DNA of 64,000 nt, from NCBI GenBank assembly GCA_048013815.1, contig CM106586.1, positions 23,436,001 through 23,500,000 of the forward strand, given 5' to 3'. The translations under genes and the position numbers were made by a program. This DNA is from Setoptus koraiensis (taxonomy: Eukaryota > Animalia > Arthropoda). Below the pieces are notes generated by a model, which made no database searches, was not told the DNA's origin, and saw only the letters and a program-made list of their open reading frames with translations. Shown piece after piece: positions 20,601 to 33,556 of this stretch (the stretch's first letter is position 1; each line of letters starts with the position of its first letter).

Positions 20601-22249
20601 ACAAATTGTGGCGCCGAGTCGCATTGTTGCTGGCGTCTGATTAGTGGCCCATCTATCTAGGTGTCCAGTGGCCGGCCGCTGTTTGTCCGCTGGCCAATGT
20701 GGAGTGTAACTTTTAAAAGTTACAAGTTGCAGTTTAGTCAAGAAAGTTTGCCATAAACTGGCCAGAGAGAAACAACAACAACAACAACAGCAACCTGTTG
20801 CGCCGCTCGCCAGATTTCCTTATTTTCGTCCGTCGTGTGTGTGTGTGTGCGTTGTGCCTTGCTGTGTCCGGCCGCTGACGACTGCATCAGCATCAGCATC
20901 AGAATCGGCAAACAAACGGCAACAAACAAGCGGCAAACGAGCAGCAACTGCAAACAACGCCGGACAGCCAACAACAAACAACAACGAGAGTTAATAATTA
21001 GTTTAGCCGCTTCTGCTGGCATGCCTGCCGGTCAGTTAGCCAGTTCAAGGTTCTCCGTTTGCCAGTGGTGTCATTGTTTTGTCAGCTGGGCCATTAGTGC
21101 TGGCCGGGCCTGGCTCTCGTGTGTCACTCGAGAGCGGCTCACTTACGTTTCGAGAGCCCCTTCCATTGAGACGCCAGCAGCGACAACAACAGCATGACAT
21201 AATTGGCTGCACCAATGATTGCATGCGACATGCGAGATTGCTTGTCGGGCTCTTTGCGCCGTCGCTCGCTTTCACTGTTGTCGTTTGGCCATGGCGAAGG
21301 TGCCAGCGCGCTGGCGAAATGTTGAGAGAAATCAGAGAAAGTTATCACATGAAAATCGCACTCAGGCCAAACAGGCGAGCGCCGGCCAGGTAGACGCACA
21401 ACGACAACGACAGCAGCACCGACAGCAGCAACGACAACAGCAACAGCGACAGCAACAACAACGACAACAAAGACAATAGACGCGTCACTTGGCGCAGTTT
21501 GGCTGACCACTCGAGGCGCAGTTGTTGCTGTTGTTGGCGCTTGCTTAACGGCCGCTTGTTTGCTGTTTGCCGTTGACCACTGTTTTTAGTTGGTGCGCTG
21601 TGCCAATCTGCTGCTGTGGCCAGTCGACTCAAATTAGTCGATTGGGAGCTGTCAGCATCTCGGATTCAAGTGGGTCAAACAAGAAAAAAGTTGTTGCTGT
21701 TGCTATTGTCGTACACCAGCCATACACAATCGGTCAGCCAGTCGGCCGGCCAGCGCAGGCTGCCGAGCTGACGAGCTGGCGAGCTGGCGAGCTGGTGAGC
21801 GAGAGTATATAATAATGTAGACAAGATAATTTTGTTGTGTATGCATGACACACACACAACAAACACTTGTTAGTTGCGCAAGTTAGTTAGTGGTCGTCGG
21901 TCGTATTGCGTCACCGCAACAACTACCACGCTTTGCGCAAGTTACACACACACAAGTTGGAGTCCGTCACAGCCAACAACAATCGTCATCTCCCGTTGAA
22001 ACGTTACGACAAACTACCTGTGACGACAGGCAACTCGATGCCATGTCAGCCAACTGTCGTCGTCGCCATCACAGCCAACAGCCACGGCAACGACAGCAAC
22101 AACAACAACGACAGCAACAACAACAACGACAGCGACAACAACGACAGCAACACTTGGCCAGACCGTAATGGCTGGCCATAATGATGATGACGCAATCGCA
22201 ATTGGTGATGAGAGCCCGCTCCACAACAGCGCTCGTTGTGTCACAACAG

Positions 22250-22284
<35 letters not shown>

Positions 22285-22571
22285 CATGCATGCATAAAGA
22301 AGAAATCAATCAATTTGCTATAGCTAACCCGGCTGCCACTTGTCATTGTTGCTGTTGTTGTTGATGTTGTTACGTAACTTTTGTTGCGTCTAGCACACAA
22401 AAAGTACACGCCTGAGCTTGTGTTGCTAGAGAGATGCCCGCAACAGGTGCTTTTGCATTTACATGCACATCCGCTGCTGCATGCACATCCGCCAATATCC
22501 ATGTCCACGGTGGACTTGCAACGCACTCTGAAAAGCGTGCATATCCATGGATGCCCAATCGCCCGTTTTCA

Positions 22572-22652
22572 CCTACTTTTTGCCCACTTTTTGCTTACTT
22601 TTTGCCTACTTTTTGCCCACTTTTTGCTTACTTTTTGCCTACTTTTCGCCCC
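22572..22652. repeat. 11-bp minisatellite x7 with 33-bp higher-order period
   Basis: TTTTTGCCCAC / TTTTTGCTTAC / TTTTTGCCTAC cycle twice. Confidence 0.9.
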
Positions 22653-23315
22653 TTCCCGAGTCATTTCGCACACACTGTTCGCTTCAAAAACTGGGCAAAC
22701 TGCGTGATTTTCGAAGGCTACTTCGGGTTCTCTTGTCGCGCATTCTAGTGCGATGCCACCAGGCGCTGCTGGAATGCCTGCCACGGGCCTCCCCCGCCTG
22801 TGCGGCATCGGGAGCGCCCGATGTGCTGCATCAGGGCACTGAATCCGCCGATACCCGCCGATATCCAGTGGATATCCATGCAACGGCGGATGCCCGTGCA
22901 GTAGCGGATGCCCATGTAGCGACACCTCGATCCGAATCCAGGGGTGGACAGGAACAGTCAGCGATGAATATCCATGGTGGATATCCATGGCGCATCCCTC
23001 ATGAATACATACAGTACATTGTGACTAGATTTGGTTTTGTGTCGTCGCGCTGGCCGGCACTGGCCAGCACTAGCGGCCAGGCCACTCCTGGCAAGACCAT
23101 TAGCGACTCTATTATATTGTTGCGCAACGGCGACGGCAATAGTCGTGCCTGGCCAAAGATACGCCTGATCGGGCTCATGTTGCGAGCGAGTTATCTAATC
23201 GAGTTGCTCAGTGGCAATGATCGTCGACTAGTTGCAAACATAATCACCTGTCAACTTGACCAGCTGCTGGCTCGGGACGACCGCTCACTAGTGGCCGATA
23301 TGACGCCTCGGCGCC

Positions 23316-23379
23316 ACTGACCAGCCTCGGCACAACTGACCAGACTCGGCACAACTGACCAGCCTCGGCGCAACTAACC
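23316..23379. repeat. 19-bp tandem repeat x3
   Basis: ACTGACCAGCCTCGGCACA units at 23316, 23335 and 23354. Confidence 0.9.
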
Positions 23380-26300
23380 GAACGGCAGCGCCAGCATGTG
23401 AAGCGGCTAATATTCACCGGTGAATAGCGTGTGCAGCGGCGGCGCCATGTAAATTGATTGGCGCCCGGTCATGGTGCACCTGTTCTGCGGCACTTGTCGC
23501 TGTTGTCGCTGCAGTTGTTGTTGCTGTTGTTGTTGCACTATTGTGTCAATACCTGCGACGATGTAACGCTGGCTCGAGAAGGAAAAAAACTCTTTCTTCT
23601 CTCGTTTCTCGGCCGCTCGACAGGCCGTCGTCTGGCCGGTGCCAAGCTGTCGGCCGACTGGCCAGTCTGGCTCGATGCGTCCGATAATATCTGGCCGATC
23701 AACGCAACGGGCATATACGCTCGCCCGACAGTGCACAGTGAATTGATTCTTTTGGCGCTTTCGGTGCACTTGTCGGCCGTGTGCAAACACCGCTGGCCAG
23801 GCCAGCGTCCAGCGTCATGCGCGCCCGGCCAGACAATTGTTGGCCAACACGGCCAGCATCCATTGTTCACTGGTCACCTGGTCGGTTGGTGGCGCTGCGC
23901 CGCTGTGTTGGCTCGGCGTGTCAGTTGGCGGCTCACTGTGTCAGTTGGCTGGGCCAGTTTGTGTCAGTTGGCGACTGACAGAAACTCGAGCCGCAGTCTG
24001 AAACGAGTTGCGACGATCAGTGGCGTCATCATCATCAAACAGCCAGCAAGCGTGAACTATCTGCTCTCGCTGGCTTGACACGCAAGCCAACTGAGCGATC
24101 GCGGACGACGGCGAGCCGGTCCGGCCCGGCCCGGCGAGATGCCGAGCGAGATAGCGAGCGGAATAGCGAGCGGGATAGCATGCGACGGAGACACACAATG
24201 TTTTGTTGATTCAGGCGAGCCAGCGAAGCTCGGGAGCGCGGACTGTGCGAGAATGTCCGCTCGGCTCAGTTTATCCGCTCCACGGCTTCGCCTGGCCAAC
24301 AGTGCCGGCGCTGGCATGTTTGTACGGCGAGTGGGCAAGTGAAACAACAACACGACACAGTGCGGCTAATTGACAATATATGTAAATGATGAAACTACAA
24401 AATTGTTGCCCATTGGCAGTTGCGCTGCCAGTTGCGCAGCGATTACCTGGTTGGCGCTGGCGCTGTCGTTGTTGTCGTTGGTGTTGTCGTTGCCGTCGTT
24501 GTTGTTGTTGCTGCCTTCGTGGTTGGCGTCGTTGTTGGCGTGATCGAGAGCGAACAGATAAAGCAGCAAATATCCTTTTAAGCTGAGAGAATTTATATGG
24601 CGAAAAATTAGAAAACTGAGCGTGTGTGTGTGTGTGTAACTTATTGGCAGTGGGAAAGTTGCGCTGCTATTACAAGCTCGAGTCCCGCGTTATCGGGTTG
24701 CCTGAGCGGGCAACATGATAACCGGGCGACGAGTCGGCCGGCATGGGAGCCGGCCGAGAGCAGGGCGATTGTTTAAAGCGATCGCTTGAAATTAAATAAT
24801 CAATTGTTTGCCTACCGACAATCGTGCCGTTCGTTAAAGCATTCAGGTGCTCGCCAGCCAGCCAGCCCGTCAGCCCGTCGCCCGTCGTCAGCCGGCCCGC
24901 CGACCATCCAACAGCCAGCCGACAGCCAACAGCCAGCCGACAGCCAACAGCCAGCCGACAGCCAGCGAGCCATTAAAATTGGCTGATGCAATTATACGTT
25001 GGGCAGGCAGCGCATTTTGGTGGCGGTGAGTAGGTGTTGGTCGGGGAGAGACTCGCTTGTGTGCGCTGATCTAAAAACAATAACGATAACAAGAGCACCA
25101 ACAAGTCGGCAAACGATGAGCCCAAACGAGCAGTCGAAACGAGCAGCCGAAACGAGCATCGAGCGGCGGACGGCGACGGCAAAGAACTTCGAACGGCGGA
25201 TGGCGAACAGCGGAGAACGAGCGGCCGAGAACGAGAGCCGAGTGAGCAAACAGGAAGAGGCCGTCACGTGGTCGGCGCTTTTGTCTTGTTCGGCGGCATA
25301 CGTGGCGCTGTTGTGAGCCGAGTCGAGCAAGTGTGCACTTGTGCAATTAATTAATTTCCCTTTCTTGTTCTCGTCGCTCGTAACGAGAGTCTCGTTTGGC
25401 GCTCGCTCGCCGGCTTCGAATTGTTTGCTCGAACTGCCAACAACAAAGCAGCGTCGTCTCGCTGTTTGTGTCACATCAATGCCAATAGATTTATATGGTT
25501 GCGTGTCGTGCCAATGTCGCCCAGCCCGCTCTTGTATTTTCGTTTGCTCTGGCATTTTCGTCTGCTCTCGTATTTGCGTCTGCTCTTGCGTTTGCGTCTG
25601 CTCTTTTATTTGCGTCCGTGTGCCCGATAACTGGAGTTGTCAGTTGGCAAACAAAGAGCCACGGCGAGGCGCAGTTCCTCTGTTTGCGTTCGCTCGCCAG
25701 CGCCAGCCGAACAGCCGCGATGCCAGCAATCCCGACGATGCCAGCAGTTCGAGTGATACGCCAACACTGGCGACGGTATTGCCGGCGGTGCGGTTGTCGG
25801 CGCTCGCAACAACAATTGGCCAACAATGGCTGCGGACGCCGATTCGATGCGCAGCCACTTGTCGTTGCGAGCGGGTCGCTTTCCTTTCGGTTCGTCTCGT
25901 CTCGTTCTGTTTCCACTGGCCCGTTTGCGCTGGCGTGTCGTCGCGGCCGCAACCGCGCCAACAACCATAACAGCGACAGCGACAGAGCGAACGATGGAGA
26001 GGCAACAACGACACAGCGAACGATGGCGAGGCAACAACGACACAGAGAACGATGGAGAGGCAACAGCGGCGGCCAACAACGACAGGCAGCGACTCGGCAA
26101 CAAGTGCCGTACGGTCGATGATGGGCATGAATAATGTGTGACGCACAATGCATGCGGCCGATATTCACGGCCATGCCAGCCGATGCCGGCAAGACAGGTG
26201 AGCGCGGGGCTGTGTGCAACTGTGTGACCGCAATCTCACGCACTATTTTCCATTCTTGCGTCGCCGAACCGAGCCGGCGAGTCTCCGCCTGAGCGGCCCA

Positions 26301-26888
26301 TCGGCTCGGTGTGCAGTTGCGCGGCGCGGCGTCGCAGCCGGCAACAGGTAGTCGCGACGGTCGCCGACGGTCGCCGAAGCTCGCCGACGGTCGCCGAGAT
26401 CGCCAGAGAATCGCAGCGGAGGGAATCGCCGCGGCATTCTCTGGCGGCGGGCCGCTCATGCGGCCCTCGCCCAAGATCGAGCGAGAGTAACGGGCTACCG
26501 GCCGGTCTTGCCGCCGCCGCTCCGTCAGCGGCCGGCGCGCCAGTTGTCGCTGGCCTACCCGCCGGTCGCCGGCTCACTGGCTCACTCACGGGCTCATTCG
26601 CTGGCTCATTGCTGACCGATTCATTGGCTGACTGTCACTCACTGACGCAATCACGACCGGACGGGTGGGCGGGGAGCGGCGCTTGTGGCCGCGTCGCGGC
26701 GTCTTCGGTCCATTGCCGGTCGCGCGCAGGTCGCTTGCGGGTCGCCCACTCTGACCGCATCCGTCCGGTCGCGCGCAGCGGGCGCGGAACGCGAAGGCTG
26801 CGGGCCGGCCCGCAGCGAAGAAGCGAGCGAACGCACACGATTCGAGCTACGAGATTCGCGAACTGCAAATTGCTGTTCTCAGTTTCAC

Positions 26889-26953
26889 GGCTCTCAGTTC
26901 GCAGCTATCAGTTCGCGGCTCTCAGTTCGCGGCTCTCAGTTCGCGGCTCTCAG
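26889..26953. repeat. 14-bp tandem repeat x4.6
   Basis: GGCTCTCAGTTCGC units. Confidence 0.9.
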
Positions 26954-27237
26954 AGATCCGCGGTCCGGGATTCGCAGTTTGAGATTCGCGACTGGCAGTC
27001 GGCAGGCGACGAGCGGCTGGCGGCGATCCGCGGCATGCAAGCGGCAAGCGACAGCGGCTAATCGGGCCGCCGGCCGGCGCACAATCGGCATCATGAGCGT
27101 CGTGAATCGAGTGCTAATCATCATTATCGAGTGGTCGCCGGCACGAATGTGTTGCGCAATGTGTCATGTTTGGCTTGTGTGCTGGCCAACAATCGCGATG
27201 AGCCGACATGAGCGATCCAATTTGCACCGCTACCGGG

Positions 27238-27325
27238 CGCTCGTCGGTCGCTCGTCGGTCGCTCATTGGCCGCTCATTGGCCGCTCGTCGGTCGCTCATT
27301 GGCCGCTCGTCGATGGCTCGTTGGC
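27238..27325. repeat. 11-bp tandem repeat x8 with two interleaved variants
   Basis: CGCTCGTCGGT and CGCTCATTGGC units. Confidence 0.88.
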
Positions 27326-30300
27326 CGCGGCAAAGCGCCAATTGGCCTCGCAGCGACTGGGTGCAACGGCTGCCCGGCCGGCGAGCTAGACAATGGGCCG
27401 TTCGAGTGGCTCTCAATCGCACACAATCACGGCAATCGTCGCCAACGAGCGACGATCGCGTTCGTCGCAATAATCGCAATCATCGCAATCAAAACGCGCC
27501 AACGAGCGCCGACCGGCCGCCGGTCGACGGCCGACCCAGAGCGGCATAATAGCGCCGAGCTCGCTTAATTTCTCAAAATCGCTTCTTTCTTCGCGTTTCG
27601 CATTGTCGAAGCCTCTACACGGTGCACACACGGTCCAGTCAACTGGCCACTGGGTCAGTTCTCTGTGTGCAGCGGCTCGCGGGCAGCGCCAACAGGTCCG
27701 GCCAATCGGGCCGGCGGTCAGCTGATCCGCTGATGACCGCCCGATGGCTGCCCCATTATCGGTGCGTGCGTGCCGCCGGCCTGGCTCGACGATGTCAAGA
27801 CGCAGTCGTTTGGGATCCGTTTCAATTGATGCAATAGCCTCCTCGCTGGCTCTCGGCGAGCTTGTCGCTACCGACCAATTGCCGCAATCACCGCTCTGGC
27901 CGCTCTGGCCGCACTGGCCGCAACCCCGCGACCGCCGCAATCGCCGCCAGTGACACCCGCCCGCCCCCCAGCAAACAAACCATGACAAATCATGGGCTTT
28001 GGATTATAAACACTTTGGGTCGCTAGCTTTTATTGCCACCACTAATTGTTCCATTGTCCGTTTGGCCACGAGCGGCCCGGCCAACAAAGCGGCCGGACTG
28101 CGTTGTGTGTGTGTGTGCCGAGATTGAATTATCTCTTTGTTGTGCGCTCTGGCAAGAATTAGCTCTCACTGCCAGCTAACTGCCGGCTGTCAGTGTGCGA
28201 AGCCAGCAGCCAATTGCCGCTATCTGCGCCGCTCATCGGCGCTGTCGTTGACGTTAGAGTCCGGCAGCAGCGGCGGCAGCGGCAACCGCACCACAACCGC
28301 AACAACAATCCGTCGGGCTGCAATTGGCCAACTGGCCAGTGCCCACCAGCCAGTGCCCAGACTAGGCTAACGTGTGTGCGACTCCGGCCAGCGGTCAGCA
28401 GTGGCGCCAATCACAACAAAGGCTAAGTGGCCAACATGTCCAGCGTCCATTGATAATTCGCTCTCTCGCTCACTCTTTAGTGTCATCGTTGGCGCTGGAC
28501 AGCCGATTGGCAGCGAGCGGCCGCCGGTCCAGGAAAACGAGCGAGCGAGCGAGCGGCCGGGGAGCGGACAAGCGAGACGCGGACAGGAGGGCCGATGACG
28601 GACACCGCTGATAAGCTTAATGCGTGTCTAAAAAGTGTAACACTTTTCCGTCTTGCCCTCGCAGCCAGTCGACGGCTAATCCGGCGATTTGATCTGTTCG
28701 CCGGCTCTCCGCTTCTCCGGTTGCGACAGCATCAGCGGCGAGCCGGTCAGCCAGCCAGCCCGACCAGCGACGGCCGGACCGGCCGAAGCGAAACCGGCGG
28801 CGACGACAACAAAGACAACAAGTCGGCCGCGACAAGCGTTACCCGCCCGCTAATGCCCGTTTGAGCATTGTTTGCGAAGCGAGCGGCCGGACGCGGCCGC
28901 TCGTTCACGACGAAAGTGAACAGAGGAGAGAAATTGATCGGGGGTAAATTACTAAACACTCTCGGCCGTCTCGTTTACAGACTCTCGGCCGTCTCGTTCA
29001 CAATTTGTGAATCACAAACTCCCGGCCGGCTCGTTGGCAAACACTGTCCGCGCTCGGGCTGCCCCGCAGTTCGGCTCGCCGCAGTGACCGTCGCACGGTG
29101 AGCCGGACAGTAGGCGACGCAAACATCGGCAACAAATATCACACACACTCATTGCGTCGCCGGGCATCTGCTGATAAGCGGCAAAGATTAGCTTGGCGAG
29201 CTGTCGAGCGAGTCATGAGTTGCGCATATTTTATCAGTGCCGTCAGTCACTGAAGTTCAGCGTGTGTGCGCAAATTTGATAAGTGCAAAGAGCGAATTCT
29301 CTCTCAATTCTCTGCCAGTTCCTTCGAGCTCTTTCCGAGTTCTTTGGTCGTCGTCGTCGTCGTGGCCGCTCATTCGAGTGCCGTTCGCAGGCGGCCAAAT
29401 CGATTAATTGGCCTGCTCAAGGGCCCGCCATTAACGGCCCGTGAACGACTTGCCGCTCATCTGGCCAGCCGCCGATTATTGGGCTGGCTGTGGCCGCTGG
29501 ATGAGGCGTTGCGGTGCGCCGACAGCCCCCAGCCAGCGGCCGACGACCGACAAGTGCCAAGCGACGACCGACAAGTGCCGACCGACAACCGCCGGCCGAC
29601 CGCCGGCCGACCGCCAAGAGCAACATGCCCGCCGTCGAACAAAGGTATCGATTCATTTCGCTGGATTGTGTGTCTCGCTATCTCTTTATGTTGAAACTAT
29701 TGAATGGCGTCCATTCTAGTTTGACAACAACGACAAACAAACGGACAACCTTATACGGCAATCATTGATTAACTGCTCATGTTTACAGTCAACGGTTATC
29801 GCGCGCTCAACAGTCGTCAGTATGGCACTGCTGCTGCTGCTGTCCGTAATAACTTGTAAGGCAACCAACGACTTGCCGTGATCTGGCAGCCAGATTCTGG
29901 CTAGTGGCGCGCTAACGACAACAAGCGAGCCAGCAGCGACAACAAGTGAAACGGTTTTATAAATATACGAAATAAACGAAGGCGATTCGACTCGAAAAAG
30001 TCTCTCGCGAAAAGAGGAAGGCGTGAATTGAATTGAATTGAATCTTCCCTTTCATTGCTGCCACATGACCGGCGCCGTTGCCGCCATTGTGTCAACTCGG
30101 TCTGTCTCTCATGCGCACAATGGCACATGCATTACGTAACGCAAGACACAGACCACCTGTTACAGGGGGCAACATGATGGGCGAGATGGGCAGCGAGCGC
30201 TGTCCACTTGTTTGGATGGAGAGATGACGCTGGTGCACACTTTCTACTGATCTTATTATTGCCATTAAACACTGCCGTTGCCATTAGCTCGCAACCGAAA

Positions 30301-31172
30301 ACAACGACAACGGCAACAACGACAGCGGCAACAACGACAGCGGCAACGACAACAGGAAATAACGTCGACCACTGACAGAACGGGCATTAGGCAACTAGGC
30401 CGGTCGATGCGACTGGCCATTGCGCCGGCTGTTGGCTATCACACTGGCACATTAATAATGAATGATTGTCGGACAGCCAACAAACAACTTGTGGCTGCCA
30501 CAAGCACAACGTAACACGCCACAGACACAGTGGCGTCAGGACGGTGTTAGATAGAAAACGAAAAGCAGAGGAAATATGTCGTTGTGAGGACGACAACGAC
30601 AACTACAAGCGAAAGCTGCTCACAGTTGTTGTGAGTAGCTGTCAAGTTTGAGTTAATTAGATCGCTCATCTCCGCGCTCGCTTGCCGACTGATTGACCGG
30701 CGCAGATATTCGCCACTCGCCAGCGTATGTCCGTCTGTCTCTCGCCTACTCCCTTCCTATATGATGACCAGTTGCCGTATTGATTTACAGCTAACTGACC
30801 ATTGCTGTGGCTGCTGCTGTTGCCGCCGTTGCCGTTGCTGTTGCTGTTGTTGTGTATACATAACGTAGCGGCGTCAGATTATATAACACCACGATGTAAC
30901 TGACCACTGATGATTATTCATCAGCTGTTGAAATGATGATGATCTATTTTGCCGCTTGCCCACACTGGTACAAATTTGTCCACCACTAGTAGTAGTGGTT
31001 GTAGTAGTAGTAGTAGTAGTGCTGGTCTAGCCAGTCGATACTTGTGTTTGCATTCTCATGCACTCAGTACTAGAAATAACCGGCCAGCTTAAATCCAGGC
31101 AAGCCGGCGAGCAATCCAAACAACTGCTCGAGTGCATCTGTCTCGGTGATGCTCTTTTGCATAACCATTAAA

Positions 31173-31181
31173 GCGCCACCT
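31173..31181 (-). promoter_or_regulatory. CTCF-core-like motif AGGTGGCGC
   Basis: Minus strand reads CTGGAGGTGGCGCT. Motif match only. Confidence 0.3.
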
Positions 31182-33556
31182 CCAGTTAATAGCTATCTAG
31201 CCAACTTACATACTAATTATCTCACACACTCACTCACACACACACACACACACACATACTGACACAAACTAAAAGAACGAATAGATTATCCCGTGGAGAA
31301 AGAGAGAAGAAAGAATCATCGTCATTATCATCAACACAGCATAAACAACAAAACAGTAGTTTAACACAATCTACCCATTACAATTCCTTGATTGCGATGC
31401 TCTCTTCTCAGACGGTCCCCGCGATGTTGTTGTTGTTGTTGCTGTTGTTGTTGTGATGTGTAGAGCATGTGTAGATGTGGCATGGATGAGGCAACACACA
31501 TACTATTTCATGGAAACTAGATAGTTATCTCGCATTTCTTCGCACACACAAACACAATGGCTGACGTAACGGCTTGGGCCGCAATCCTCGCCCAATCTCT
31601 CTCTCTACTATTGGCTCTGTGTGTTTCTGTGAATCCCTGATCAAGAAATAAAGCATTCAGATAAGATCTTAGGTTCAAATATTTAGATATTTCACCGCTA
31701 GCACTGCTGAACTTCCGTTTGTCCGATGATGCCGGCACTGTTTGCCCCCGAATGAGAACAGAAAGCGTTTACTTTGATTTGTTTGGCATTGTTGTTCGCG
31801 GCGCAGTCTGTCTATCTCTGATAATACCAGCACACACAGACCATCCTTTGAAACGGTGCCGAAGTAAGACAAATGCAATTTTGTGCAAGTCGTTAGAATT
31901 TAAATTTGCGACTGCTAACAGCAAAGTTGTTACGGCTGAAGCGCTTGTTCAGATGAGAATAGCATTGGGTTTGAGATGGCGACGGACACAATTTGTGAGC
32001 GGTGTGATGCAAGACTCCGCCAGGCTAATGCCAGTGCTAATGTCAGTGAGACGAGAAGAAGGAAAAAAGTTTCGAGAATCCGCGAGATGACTCGTAGACA
32101 GTTTACGAGTCAGCAAGAATTGACCGCGGCGTATATATCCACCAGTTGCTCGTTGCAAGCTTTTCGCCTGGCCACGGTCGCCGCCTTTATCGGGCCCCTA
32201 CCAAACGTTATCTCTTGTCGACGTGTCGCCGATCTGACGCTTGTGAGCGCGTGTTTTGGTGGCGCGGCTCGTGGGTCGGCTCTAAGAATAGTGAAATGGT
32301 GAGTTTGGCAGTTGATTGGCCGCAAATGTAACTGCCAATATGGTCGATACTGTATCGAGACAGCCGCTGTCTGACAGCGATCAAAAACAAACGAAAGGTG
32401 CCGTTCTCGAAATTGAATTTTGCCCTTTCAAACTTGGCGCCACTTTTGTCACTATTATTTTGGAATCGCCCGAAGGAGCGCACACACACACACAAGAGCA
32501 CAGCTTCGCACAGGCTTTACCTGCTGGAATCGCGGCCATTATCTCGCGTAGCACACAGACACACACACAAGCAGACAGACACACGTCGATTCGTGTTGTG
32601 TGTGTGTGTGTGTGTGTGTGAGTGGAGCGAAGCAGGGAGTTGTGTGTGTGTGTGTGTGTTTCGCTGGCAGAAAAACAGCAACAGTGAGAGAACGGTCAGA
32701 CGAACAGGCAACAGCGAAAAAGAATCAGAGAATTGTGGAACGTTCGTTCGTTCGTTCGGTTGGTTCGCACTGTTACAAGAGCGAGTGTGCTGTGCATAAT
32801 CACAAACGTAGTTTGATACCGTAACACAAATTCGCTAACAACAACAACAGCAGCAGCAGCAGCAACAACAGTATTATTATTGTACACAACAACCACCGTA
32901 TTACAGTCGCCCATTGCTGTTGGCCCTTGTGATGTGACTCCCGTTTGGTTATTGTAAAACTATTACAGATTGCTGCTATTATTGACCGTCATCATTAATT
33001 TAAATTTTACAATTGAACCTCGTCGTATCTCATCGTCTCGTCAGTGATACAACCACCGATCTTATAAAGTAATTAGTGTAATTAATTGGCACACGAATTG
33101 TTTGCGAAACGACAACAATGATTCAGCGGGAACGTCCGTCCACTGGATAGAGACCAGCAGCACACAGAGCATTTATAGAAACCATTTTACAACTAACAGC
33201 CACGTAATTACCTTGTGACACAACCTCAACAACGGCCGCCACCCACAACAGCCAATCAACCACCACAAACACCAGTAACAGTTATGGCCACCGACACTGC
33301 CACCAAGCATGATCGCCACAACTAGTAGTGGTGGAAAATGTTTGACATAAATTATTATTATCATATACAAGTGTTTGCCGTAGTCGCCGTTGAGGGCATT
33401 TGTCTCATATTATTAAACACATGATATATTATAAGCGCATCAACCAACATTACCAATTACTTAACAAAGAGAGTATTTATTATTATAATCTATTTTATTA
33501 TTACAGTGCTCTACTCAAACGACACACACACACACAGTTATACACTACCAACTATA

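Noticed and set aside
19761-33100. Dozens of 60-330 aa ORFs on both strands
   Set aside because: They overlap in all frames, are built from microsatellites and GC-rich palindromes, and have no domains. Long ORFs are expected by chance where stop codons are rare.
33506-33556. GTG start given for the 919-aa ORF
   Set aside because: The G at 33506 is the end of a splice acceptor; ATG 33557 has a good Kozak context.
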